This document shows positions 7,632-16,173 of a stretch of DNA of 64,000 nucleotides, piece after piece; position 1 is the first letter of the stretch; every line of letters begins with the position of its first letter. A model generated the notes under the pieces. It worked only from the letters and a program-made list of their open reading frames with translations, was not told where the DNA came from and searched no databases. The position numbers and the translations under genes are program-made. The stretch is from Dehalococcoidia bacterium (GTDB lineage: Bacteria; Chloroflexota; Dehalococcoidia; GIF9; AB-539-J10): the NCBI GenBank assembly GCA_030611085.1, contig JAUWQI010000003.1, positions 4,056 to 68,055 of the forward strand, written 5' to 3'.

Positions 7632-9164
7632 ATGAAAAGAAGACCTTTTTTGTTAATCGTGGTGGCTCTCATAATGAGCCTCTTGTGTGTGGCTGTGCCG
7701 AGTCCGGTGGCGGCTCAATCTGTGAGCCTGAACCTCGCCAAGATTGAAAAGACGGACAAAGGCTTTGTGGTGAAAGGGACAGTGACGGGGAGCAACCTCA
7801 ATCCAGAGGGCCAGCTCAATATATCTAACACAGTGAGTGTAATCGCCGACATCAAGGAAGGCCCCGATTCCGTGTATCCAAAACTCCCGAAGGGCTGGTA
7901 TGTGCGCCCGCCAGCAGGGGCTGAGACACCCTATACCGAAGGTAGCGGTCCAGGGGGCACCATGACCAAGAAAGAATATTATGGGGTGGGCATAATCTCT
8001 GTGACCATCGCCAGCTTCGGCATAGGAGAGAGTCCAGCGGAATTTGAGGGCACCATCCCGCTGGAATACGCGGGAAAGACGCTGAGAATCCGAGCCAGCC
8101 TCAAACATTATTGGTCAGGAACCTGGCCCGCCATGACATTCCATCACGATACCGGCTATGAAGGGAAACTCGAGGGCGTAGCACCACTGGGTGAAGTGAT
8201 GTCTTTGGAAGATATTCTAAAGGCGTACAAGGCATTTGGCACAAGCGCACATACTTGGCCGGACGGAACGACAGACAAGAAAGCTTTAACAGGGCCAGCG
8301 TGGAATGGTGCCTCGGCCAATTTCTGGTGTAGTTTGGGTTATACTGAATACTGTCGATTCACCTGTACAGCCATGCAGTATAAGGTCTTGTGGTTTCTGA
8401 ATGACCTTGAACGTGCAGGTAAGCTAACAGGTTGGGAATACAGTGCAGTTTATGGTGTATGTCCGCCTTATCCAGAGCACAATGCTGTTGTTATATGGGA
8501 AAAGGGAAAGGACTGGAAAAGGGTTGGCATTATTCTGGATCCCCATGGAAAACAGAAGCCACACTACTGTAGTACAGAAACTTCGATTTTTCCTTGGAAG
8601 CTCGATGAAGATATATTTGGTGTCTATAGTGGCACGAAAACACCGTGGAATCCTACGGGCGAAAAGAAGCCCACTCGCTTCAATCTCAAGGATAACCGTG
8701 GTGCCATCTTCTGCCCAGTGGACGTGCTCATCGTCAATTCAGCGGGTCAACGTCTGGGTGTACTTCCAAACGGTGATAAGGTTTCAGAATTTAAGCCTAC
8801 AGATTCATATTACTGGGAGGATGAGAAGGGCGATAAACAGTGGTTTTTCTCCTTGCCTGATGATACCTATGAGGTAAGCATCACTGGAACCGGCTCGGGA
8901 AAGTTTAACCTTCTGGCATACACTCCAGGCGAGGATGTGCACGACTACGGGGAAAACCCTATAGCTGCTGGTGAGCAAGCTATCTTAACCATGGAGCCAG
9001 AGAAAGGTGACGAACTCACCCTTGCGGACGGGAGCAAGGTAACACCAAAATCTATAAAGGTGGGTGAGCCAGATTCTGCCTCTGAAGGCAGTTTGCTTGA
9101 TAAGTTCAAGAGTCTAATAGATTCCCTCATCACCTGGGTTAAGTCCATATTCCAGGCAAAATGA
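7632..9164 (+). CDS. secreted protein with putative transglutaminase-like Cys-His-Asp core and conserved C-terminal amphipathic tail
   Basis: SD GGGAGGAAG and a signal peptide ending VAAQS. The spacing FTCTAMQ...EHNAVVIW...ILDPHG fits the C-H-D order of transglutaminase-like cores. The tail is SLLDKFKSLIDSLITWVKSIFQAK. Confidence 0.6.
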   Translation: MKRRPFLLIVVALIMSLLCVAVPSPVAAQSVSLNLAKIEKTDKGFVVKGTVTGSNLNPEGQLNISNTVSVIADIKEGPDSVYPKLPKGWYVRPPAGAETPYTEGSGPGGTMTKKEYYGVGIISVTIASFGIGESPAEFEGTIPLEYAGKTLRIRASLKHYWSGTWPAMTFHHDTGYEGKLEGVAPLGEVMSLEDILKAYKAFGTSAHTWPDGTTDKKALTGPAWNGASANFWCSLGYTEYCRFTCTAMQYKVLWFLNDLERAGKLTGWEYSAVYGVCPPYPEHNAVVIWEKGKDWKRVGIILDPHGKQKPHYCSTETSIFPWKLDEDIFGVYSGTKTPWNPTGEKKPTRFNLKDNRGAIFCPVDVLIVNSAGQRLGVLPNGDKVSEFKPTDSYYWEDEKGDKQWFFSLPDDTYEVSITGTGSGKFNLLAYTPGEDVHDYGENPIAAGEQAILTMEPEKGDELTLADGSKVTPKSIKVGEPDSASEGSLLDKFKSLIDSLITWVKSIFQAK

Positions 9165-9220
9165 TACAATGCTAGATACTGATGTTATCCTGCCTGGAAT
9201 ACCTGCAGATACAGGAGGTA
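9141..9220 (+). repeat. 80-bp direct repeat copy A (last 8 codons + stop + intergenic + SD)
   Basis: 78/80 identical to 9821-9900 by eye (mismatches at 9191 and 9212). Confidence 0.9.
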
Positions 9221-9226
9221 GAAAGA

Positions 9227-9844
9227 ATGAGAAAAAATGTCGTATTGATGAACATTCTGGTTGTGACGCTTCTCTTTGCCCTGATGCCCGTGGCACTGCC
9301 TGTCGAGGCCAATTCTGAACTTCCAAGTGACTATGCAACGATTAGAGATTGGGACCAGGCACATGAAGCTTTTAGTTTTTCACTAGGGGAAGTTACTTCA
9401 GAAGAAGGAGTTGGCGATTTCTTTATTGCGGACAGAGGAGAGGGCTCCATAATCCATGTCTTTGACTCGCCAGGAATAATTGATATGGGTGATGTACCAC
9501 TTGATGCTATTACAGAGGCGCCGGAATCTGGATATCAGGAAACGGCAAAGCCAATCGAAGGGCATTCTTATACTATGAGGTCGCAGGGGAAATATGGAAA
9601 GATTCGCATTGAGGATATATTCAGTCCACAGCTCCGTTCGGTTACTGAGTATGAGTTTGAATGGGTCTATCAGCCTGACGGAACAAGGAGCTTTGGCGAA
9701 GGTGGCACATCTACAACACAGGGCGATGGTGACTCCCAAGACAAGGAGTCAGATTCTATCTCTGGAGGCAGTCTGCTTGAGAAACTCAAGGGTCTGGCAG
9801 ATTCCTTGGTCAACTGGGTCAAGTCCATATTCCAGGCAAAATGA
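9227..9844 (+). CDS. secreted hypothetical protein sharing the C-terminal tail of the upstream gene
   Basis: Start at ATG 9227 behind SD AGGAGG. Signal peptide ends PVEANS. The tail is SLLEKLKGLADSLVNWVKSIFQAK. Confidence 0.7.
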   Translation: MRKNVVLMNILVVTLLFALMPVALPVEANSELPSDYATIRDWDQAHEAFSFSLGEVTSEEGVGDFFIADRGEGSIIHVFDSPGIIDMGDVPLDAITEAPESGYQETAKPIEGHSYTMRSQGKYGKIRIEDIFSPQLRSVTEYEFEWVYQPDGTRSFGEGGTSTTQGDGDSQDKESDSISGGSLLEKLKGLADSLVNWVKSIFQAK

Positions 9845-9900
9845 TACAATGCTAGATACTGATGTTATCCCGCCTGGAATACCTGCAGATATAGGAGGTA
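9821..9900 (+). repeat. 80-bp direct repeat copy B
   Basis: See 9141-9220; the two copies lie 680 bp apart. Confidence 0.9.
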
Positions 9901-9907
9901 TGGAATA

Positions 9908-10294
9908 ATGGCAAAACACGCTGAAGACATGATGGTGGACAAGAAAGACCAGCTGGAGAAAATCGAGGGCATATGCTTACCAGATGAGATTATTCGGGCT
10001 GTTTTCGACTTGAAGGGCAGGGGCACAGGATTTATTGGGATTACCGACAAGCGGGTTATCTATTATGACAAGGCTTTCCTGAAGAAGAAAAAGGCCCTTG
10101 TCAGTGTACCTCATAATCGCATTGCGTCTGTGGCTAGTGAGGACCACAAAGGTTTTCTGATTAGAAGTGGTTTTTTTGTCAGCGATACCCTCACCATCAC
10201 CCCGATAGGACTTGAGGCGAAAACCTTTGAATTCAGAGGAGGCGACAAAGCTCACCGGGCTCACAATATCCTTATGGAATACTTGCTGAAGTAG
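9908..10294 (+). CDS. bacterial PH-domain (YokE-like) protein
   Basis: 128 aa. GFIGITDKRVIYYDKAF....VSVPHNRIASV resembles bacterial PH-domain proteins. Call is from memory. Confidence 0.55.
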   Translation: MAKHAEDMMVDKKDQLEKIEGICLPDEIIRAVFDLKGRGTGFIGITDKRVIYYDKAFLKKKKALVSVPHNRIASVASEDHKGFLIRSGFFVSDTLTITPIGLEAKTFEFRGGDKAHRAHNILMEYLLK

Positions 10295-10339
10295 AAATTT
10301 TGTATTATGACATCAAATCTAGCTTAAGGAGGCGAGACT

Positions 10340-10498
10340 ATGGATATAAGCACGACCACATGGTCTATCATCGGAGGAGCAATAAGTCTTATCTTCGGTA
10401 TTGTAGTCGCTGTTTTCCCCAAGATTCTTAACTACCTGGTAGCAGCTTTCTTCATTATAGCTGGCATAGCAGGTATCATCTATGCCTTGGTAATCTGA
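10340..10498 (+). CDS. DUF3096-like small two-TM membrane protein (52 aa, not in ORF track)
   Basis: SD AAGGAGG 7 nt upstream. Product is MDISTTTWSIIGGAISLIFGIVVAVFPKILNYLVAAFFIIAGIAGIIYALVI. The FP..LNY..A motif recalls DUF3096. Confidence 0.55.
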   Translation: MDISTTTWSIIGGAISLIFGIVVAVFPKILNYLVAAFFIIAGIAGIIYALVI

Positions 10499-10617
10499 TT
10501 TTATCTTGTCAAATTCTCCCATTGATAAGGATTCCTTGAGGAGGAGGGCAGGAGCCAATCAGTTAAAGCCTTGAAGCCTTGAGGACATTCCAGGTCAAGT
10601 GTTTGAGCAGAAGTGCT

Positions 10618-11088
10618 ATGAAGCTGCCTAGGATAAAGAAGCAGTTGTTAACTCTTTCCCTTCTGCTGTTGTTATTGGGTACTGCTGCTGGCTGTGTGGT
10701 CAAGGATAGCCCGGCACCTGGATGCGTCAAATATTGGCCGTTTGCGCCGATGGGAGGCTGCTTTGGCAAGAGCATTATTAAGGACCTCAAAGTGGAGCCG
10801 CCAATTGATTGCCTGGCGATTGAGGTGAATAACTGTAACGGGGGCATTCTGGGGGTCAGCAATTCTTGCAGTGAGACTTTTGTTCTGGGCGGGGTTGAAA
10901 TTGGGCCATCAGAGTACAATGTGGGGCTGGATGTATTGGACCAGGAAGACGGTCGCTATTTGCTGACTCGCACTGCTTCCAATTTCTCCGATTACATCCC
11001 TGAAGAAGACGAGCTAATAGAGCTTGTGGGCACTCTGGGCGAGCAAAAGATACGAGTCTCATATACCAAGACCAAAAAGTTGTGCTAG
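10618..11088 (+). CDS. Cys-rich putative lipoprotein
   Basis: Lipobox LLGTAAGC lies after MKLPRIKKQLL, and the mature part has many Cys. No family recognised. Confidence 0.6.
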   Translation: MKLPRIKKQLLTLSLLLLLLGTAAGCVVKDSPAPGCVKYWPFAPMGGCFGKSIIKDLKVEPPIDCLAIEVNNCNGGILGVSNSCSETFVLGGVEIGPSEYNVGLDVLDQEDGRYLLTRTASNFSDYIPEEDELIELVGTLGEQKIRVSYTKTKKLC

Positions 11089-11107
11089 CCTCGGGAGCAG
11101 AGCCTGC

Positions 11108-11148
11108 CTTGAGCGAGATTCTTCGTCACTTCGCTCCTCAGAATGACA
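11108..11148. repeat. family A repeat half-unit
   Basis: Sequence is gagcgagattcttcgtcacttcgctcctcagaatgaca. Confidence 0.7.
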
Positions 11149-11207
11149 GTGGCGAAGCCTACAAGAGGTAATTTGACTTCAAAATTCATCACATATAAAC
11201 TAAACTC

Positions 11208-11591
11208 GGGGGCAAGTAAACCGGGTGACCGCTCTGTATTTAACTTACAGGGAGGAAAGTCCGAGCTCCACCGAGCAGGGTGCTGGGTAACACCCAGGAG
11301 GGGTGACCCTATGGAGAGTGCCACAGAAACATACCGCCTTGCGAGATATTATTTCACAGGGTAAGGGTGAAATGGTGAGGTAAGAGCTCACCAGCAGCCA
11401 GGTGACTGGTTGGCTGGGCAAACCCCACCTGGAGCAAGACCGAATAGAAGGGCGTTTGAAGCGCTCGGCTGAAGCCCTCGGGTTGGTCGCTTGACCCTGA
11501 TGGTAACATTAGGGCTAGATGGATGGTCACCACTTCATTTTTGGAGTACAGATTTGGAGTACAGAACTCGGCTTATAGGTTTACTTCCCCC
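11208..11591 (+). ncRNA. rnpB: RNase P RNA, bacterial type A
   Basis: Universal blocks are present: GGAAAGTCCGAGCTCCAC, ACAGAAACATACCGCC, GGGTAAGGGTGAAATGGTGAGGTAAGAGCTCACCAG and ACAGAACTCGGCTTATAGG. P1 pairs 11208-11222 with 11578-11591. Confidence 0.85.
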
Positions 11592-11752
11592 AAAAATATT
11601 TTCTCAATAATCTTGTGTGTGTCAAAGGACAGAACTGAGACTGAAGCCTTGATTAAGGGATTATCTAAGGCAAAAACAAGGGAGAAGATAGAATCTCACC
11701 AGTCATGAGCAAGTTTGTCTGAACTCCCATCCTGAGCGTAGAATAATAACTT

Positions 11753-12013
11753 GTGGATAACTTATCACCTGAACTTCGTGATTTCGTTCTTTTCTGCGCC
11801 CAGAGGCGGAGTCCAGAGTGGCCAGCTATTTATGATGAAATGACCAGAGTCGCAGGGAGAAAATTGTTCCGAGGATTAGGCTGCCAAGAGCTAAAACAAC
11901 TAGGGTTATCCTTCTCCCTATCTAGCATGGACAAAACTATACAACTGGTAAAAGAGGTTACCTTTCAAGCCCATCAACAGGTAGATAATACCCTGCCTTC
12001 AGCTCGCAGCTGA
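11753..12013 (+). CDS. hypothetical protein
   Basis: 86-aa ORF with a GTG start and no recognisable motif. Confidence 0.3.
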   Translation: MDNLSPELRDFVLFCAQRRSPEWPAIYDEMTRVAGRKLFRGLGCQELKQLGLSFSLSSMDKTIQLVKEVTFQAHQQVDNTLPSARS

Positions 12014-12070
12014 CGCGAAGAATTTGCTCTAGAGTTAATTATAAAACCTCTGATATAGAGATTGTTCATT

Positions 12071-12170
12071 TTGTCACCCTGAGCGGTAGCGAAGGGTCTA
12101 GAGATTCTTCGCCCTGCTCAGAATGACAGGAAACGAAGGGTTCAGTGCTTTAGCTCCCACGCTCAGGACT
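12071..12170. repeat. family A repeat cluster
   Basis: tgtcaccctgagcggtagcgaagggtctagagattcttcgccctgctcagaatgaca, plus a further half-unit. Confidence 0.75.
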
Positions 12171-12258
12171 GGGTTCACTTTCCATCAAAGCGGGGAAATT
12201 TTGTAAGAGTTCATGCGGGATACTATACTATGATAATGCCGAACCGAGGAGCTATGTT

Positions 12259-12726
12259 TTGAAAATAGGCGTACTTGCTGATACCCATATGTATTCGTTT
12301 GGAGACATTCCTCGAAAGATAATTGACTCCTTTTCCACTGTGGATTTGATAATCCACGCTGGAGATTTCATTACCATAGAAGTGCTTAATGGACTGAAGC
12401 AGTTAGGGGAGGTGAGGGCGGTTCAGGGCAACATGGATTCTGCTGAAATAAGAAGCATGCTTCCAGTCAAAGAAGTAATTGAAGCAGGAAACAAAAGGAT
12501 TGGTATCACTCACGGCTCAGGCAGCCCGTGGAGGATAGAGCATAAGGTGAGAAGAATATTTGACCAAGAGCAAGTGGATGTCATCGTTTATGGTCACTCT
12601 CACCAACCCCAAAATAAGGTCACCGAAGGCATTCTTTTCTTCAATCCGGGAAAGGCAACAAACTCTTTTGGCATCCTTACAATTGAGGGTGAGAGGGTCA
12701 AAGGGGAAATAATAAGCTCTAAGTGA
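12259..12726 (+). CDS. YfcE/MJ0936-type metallophosphoesterase
   Basis: TTG start. Motifs are GVLADTH, HAGD, GNMD, GITHG and GHSH. Confidence 0.8.
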   Translation: MKIGVLADTHMYSFGDIPRKIIDSFSTVDLIIHAGDFITIEVLNGLKQLGEVRAVQGNMDSAEIRSMLPVKEVIEAGNKRIGITHGSGSPWRIEHKVRRIFDQEQVDVIVYGHSHQPQNKVTEGILFFNPGKATNSFGILTIEGERVKGEIISSK

Positions 12727-12736
12727 TAGCCAACTT

Positions 12737-13570
12737 TTATCGTCTTATCACAATAGAGCCATAGCCTACCACTTGAGAGAAATCACCAGTTGTGTCTCCG
12801 CTAGTGGCGTATTTCAATAGCTTCACTGTTTTTGCTCCCATTTCTTTAGCTGCTACGATGGCTACAGCCACAGGTCCAAAGCCACACATGGTGCTATCAA
12901 GAAGTTCACGCCGCTTATATAACTCTTCCTCATCAAGGTTAATTATCGCCTCTATCATAGAGTTGTCTTTCTCAGCGGCTACAGAGTGAGGCTCATAGTG
13001 GGTGAAATCGCTGCTAGCTATGACTATGATGTTATTGGCTACTTTAGAAATGGCTTTGCCAACCGCCCGAGCTGTCTCTATATCCTGAGCCATCATAGTT
13101 ATGGGCACAATCTTTATCTCCTTATACAAATGCTGAAGCCAGGGTAACTGCACTTCGACACTGTGCTCATACATATGAGCTGTCTCATCTGCCTGGAGCA
13201 CTCCCCCTAGAAGTTTATGAGCCAACCCCTTGTTTATCTTTACCTCCCCCAGAGGAGTTTTCCAGGCATTTCCCGTCCATAAGGAAACTGCGGCGCCATA
13301 ACCGGTGTGGTTGGGACCGAGTATCACCGCGGTATCGAATATTCCATCATTGGCAAGTTCCTTATAGGCATGGGCTGCCACCGGTCCAGAATAAATATAA
13401 CCAGCATGAGGGACAACGATAGCAATGATTTCCCTTGGACCTGCCTCATTTACCTGAGGCACAGTTCCTGGGCCAAGTTTATGGTTGTAACACCATTCAA
13501 TTTGCTCTTCTAGCTCTCCAGCAGTGCCAGCATAAAATGTGCCTGCTACGACCGGCTTCCTCACCTTCAT
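12737..13570 (-). CDS. MEMO1 family / AmmeMemoRadiSam system protein B
   Basis: 277 aa. PVVAGTFYAG, VVPHAGYIYSGPVAAHAY and SSDFTHY are typical of the family. Confidence 0.8.
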   Translation of the reverse strand: MKVRKPVVAGTFYAGTAGELEEQIEWCYNHKLGPGTVPQVNEAGPREIIAIVVPHAGYIYSGPVAAHAYKELANDGIFDTAVILGPNHTGYGAAVSLWTGNAWKTPLGEVKINKGLAHKLLGGVLQADETAHMYEHSVEVQLPWLQHLYKEIKIVPITMMAQDIETARAVGKAISKVANNIIVIASSDFTHYEPHSVAAEKDNSMIEAIINLDEEELYKRRELLDSTMCGFGPVAVAIVAAKEMGAKTVKLLKYATSGDTTGDFSQVVGYGSIVIRR

Positions 13571-13624
13571 AAGACACCTCCGACCTCACTCAAGGCTGTT
13601 TAATTTTGATTTCTCGTTTAATTT

Positions 13625-13686
13625 CTGTAGTTGCCTGATTCATCAGGCAGAATTGCCCAATAAATTGGGCAATTACATTTTTAAAC
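13625..13686. repeat. family C palindromic repeats (gtagttgcctgattcatcaggca / ttgcccaataaattgggcaa)
   Basis: Two adjacent perfect or near-perfect hairpins. Related copies are at 4411-4440, 18706-18803, 44888-44922 and 61928-61985. Confidence 0.8.
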
Positions 13687-13696
13687 GGCCACATCC

Positions 13697-14359
13697 TTAA
13701 GAATTTTGCTCTGTGGTCTCCTTTTCAGTTTCCTCTTTTGGCTCCTCTTCCTTTGTCACTGCCTGGTCACGGAGCCAACGGTGAATCTCATCCAGCACCG
13801 GTGGGAAAACGCTGAATACTTCTACATCACTGGGAAATTGCACTCTGTGCCCCTCTCTAATGAATAGAAGTCCAGCCTCGTTGTCCTTAAGCGTCTCGTT
13901 TATTCTCTTAGCCATAAGCTCATATCTCTTCTTTGCTGCCTCAGCATAAAATTCAGAAACTTTACTTACTACCTTTTCACTTACAAATCCAATGAACAGA
14001 CATCTCTCCCAATCTATAGTCTCCTCAAGCAACTCTTTCTCCTCAATTGCTTCAAAGACTGCGCCGTTGTCACACTTATTTTTAGCAATTTGATAGCTAC
14101 TCGGATTTAGTTTCTCCACGACCTTCATGCCATCCTCACCAGATTGGGAGATTGATTCATGATAAACTCGGTTTACCCTTCCAATCTTTTCTAAGTTGCC
14201 TAGTTGTTCTGTTACCTGTTGCCAATAGCGGCTGTATTTTTCCTTATACTCAGAAGGAACGCCCTCATTGGAGAATATAAGAGGGACAAGGTAAAGCTTC
14301 TTCCCTTGCTTAAATTGCTCTACAGGTAGCTTCTCTATTTTGCCTACTTGCTCTGTCAT
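13697..14359 (-). CDS. hypothetical protein
   Basis: 220 aa, starting 2 nt after the stop of the upstream ORF. The tail is acidic and Lys-rich. No family recognised. Confidence 0.6.
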   Translation of the reverse strand: MTEQVGKIEKLPVEQFKQGKKLYLVPLIFSNEGVPSEYKEKYSRYWQQVTEQLGNLEKIGRVNRVYHESISQSGEDGMKVVEKLNPSSYQIAKNKCDNGAVFEAIEEKELLEETIDWERCLFIGFVSEKVVSKVSEFYAEAAKKRYELMAKRINETLKDNEAGLLFIREGHRVQFPSDVEVFSVFPPVLDEIHRWLRDQAVTKEEEPKEETEKETTEQNS

Positions 14360-14361
14360 TG

Positions 14362-14685
14362 CTATTTGCCCGATTCTTCTTCCTTCCCCCAGTTCTGCAT
14401 TGTCTCCTTGATTTGCTGGGCAAGCTTGGGATTGTCCTTGAGACGCTGAGTAAATACAGGGCAGCTCTGGAGAATCATATTCTGGCTGGTAGAAGCTATG
14501 CTTTCTAGAATCTGCTCCATTTCAGTTTTAGCTTGCTCAGGAAGATTTGCCCCCTGCAGCATTAGCCTGAATTGCCCTATCTCCTCAGCACCAACCTGAA
14601 TCGGAGTTATACAGTTCTTATACCAGGGACATTCCTTGCACCTGATAAGCGCTGCAGCTTTATCTATAATATCACCCATTTTCAC
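14362..14685 (-). CDS. hypothetical Cys-containing protein
   Basis: 107 aa with SD GGGAGGGAG. Carries [10 protein letters not shown] plus a distal Cys. No family recognised. Confidence 0.6.
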   Translation of the reverse strand: MKMGDIIDKAAALIRCKECPWYKNCITPIQVGAEEIGQFRLMLQGANLPEQAKTEMEQILESIASTSQNMILQSCPVFTQRLKDNPKLAQQIKETMQNWGKEEESGK

Positions 14686-15052
14686 TCCCTCCCTGTTAAC
14701 CTAATTTGTAGCAGGTTCACTCGCCTTTTTCAAATTCGTTATCTTCTATCAATTTTAGCACCTTTCCTGGAGCGAAGCATGCTTGTTTTACAGAGGGGAA
14801 ACAAATCTTAGGAATAGCGTATATTTTGGGCTAACTAATAAAATAGCATTAGTTAAGCTAGCGGGATTTCACAAATCAGGAATCTAGAGAGAATTAGTCA
14901 GTAAAAATCCAGGTTGGTGAAATCCAGCAAGGAAGGAAAATACGATGCTATAGGATTATAATAGGGTAGAAAGGTCGGCTAAGCCCCCTGGGTTAATTCC
15001 TCATGGATGGGGCAAAGCTAAATATGCAAAAGAAGGATAGGAGGTTTACTTA

Positions 15053-15574
15053 ATGGCGATTTATTCATTCGAAGGCAAAGTCCCGAAGATAGACCAAACC
15101 GCTTTTGTTCATGAAACTGCCAATATTACCGGAGACGTAGTTATTGGCCAGGAATGTTATATTGGAGCTGGAGCGATAATAAGGGGAGATTACGGAAGTA
15201 TAAGGGTTGGCCCGGGGACAGCAATAGAGGAGGGGTGTATTATTCACTGTCCGCCAGGCGAGATATGTGAGATTGGTAAAAGCGTTACCTTTGGGCATGG
15301 GGCTATAGTCCACTCCTCCAAAATCGGAGATTTTGCTGTGGTTGGTATGGGCGCTGTAGTAAGCATACGCGCAGTAGTTGGAGAGTGGGTTATTCTTGGG
15401 GAAGGTGCAGTGGTAGTTGAGAATCAAAAAGTTCCATCTAGAAAAGTGCTCGTTGGTAATCCAGCTAAAGTAATTGGAGAGGTAACTGAGGAGCATAGGG
15501 AGAGATGGACATACGGTAAAAAAATATATGTTGAACTTTGTAGCCGTTACAGGCAAGGGCTAAAAAGATTATGA
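15053..15574 (+). CDS. gamma-carbonic-anhydrase-like left-handed beta-helix (hexapeptide) protein
   Basis: 173 aa. The sequence P.I...AFVHETA.ITGDV.IG....IGAGAIIRGD is typical of the YrdA/PaaY family. Confidence 0.8.
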   Translation: MAIYSFEGKVPKIDQTAFVHETANITGDVVIGQECYIGAGAIIRGDYGSIRVGPGTAIEEGCIIHCPPGEICEIGKSVTFGHGAIVHSSKIGDFAVVGMGAVVSIRAVVGEWVILGEGAVVVENQKVPSRKVLVGNPAKVIGEVTEEHRERWTYGKKIYVELCSRYRQGLKRL

Positions 15575-15795
15575 AATCCCTTAAAGTCAAGGTAAAACCC
15601 AACTCGAAAACTGAGGAAGTTAGCCAGGAAGGGGATAGCTTTGTAGTGAAAGTCAAAGAGCCGCCCAAGGAGGGCAAGGCGAACCAGGCAGTAATTAAAT
15701 TACTGGCGAAGCATTTCGGCGTTTCCCAAAATCAGGTGAAGATTCTGAGCGGCTTTAAGAGCAAGAATAAGGTTATTGAGATTGGGCAAGGTTAA
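15571..15795 (+). CDS. DUF167 (YggU) family protein
   Basis: 74 aa. Carries KVKPNSK...V.VKEPP.EGKAN.A.I..LAK.FGV....V.I.SG..S..K. Overlaps the upstream gene by 4 nt. Confidence 0.7.
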   Translation: MKSLKVKVKPNSKTEEVSQEGDSFVVKVKEPPKEGKANQAVIKLLAKHFGVSQNQVKILSGFKSKNKVIEIGQG

Positions 15796-15918
15796 TGTGG
15801 GATATTAAGTGTTAGCTGTAGATTTAGATAAATGACGGGCTTATAGTATAATTATCAAGGCCGATAAATGATATAATTTTTTCTGCAAATTGCAAATAGC
15901 GATTAAGGAAGCGGAGAT

Positions 15919-16173
15919 ATGCGTGTGAGGAGTTCGAAGCCAAATGTAGAGGTAATCAAGGAAGCTCAGATTTGGGAAAGTCCTGAGGTAAGAGAGATGT
16001 TAACTCAGCCCTTCGGTGCCCCTATTAAGTTAACTAGAGAGCAGGCAATTGAGATTGTAAAAGATTCTTTTGGAAGTCGCCCTGAGCTATCTGAGGGTCG
16101 CGAATATGTGAGAGATATAAGATTGGCTTTGGGGGAGTCGATATTTAGCAAGTCATCGGGGGAAAGTGGCTGA
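15919..16173 (+). CDS. putative antitoxin of the adjacent PIN toxin
   Basis: 84-aa ORF overlapping the PIN gene start by 8 nt. The call rests on position only. Confidence 0.4.
   Translation: MRVRSSKPNVEVIKEAQIWESPEVREMLTQPFGAPIKLTREQAIEIVKDSFGSRPELSEGREYVRDIRLALGESIFSKSSGESG

Noticed and set aside
9060-9900. Possibility that the duplicated 3' ends are a diversity-generating retroelement VR/TR pair.
   Set aside because: Mismatches between the two tail-coding regions are not confined to adenine positions of one copy. No reverse transcriptase gene is nearby.
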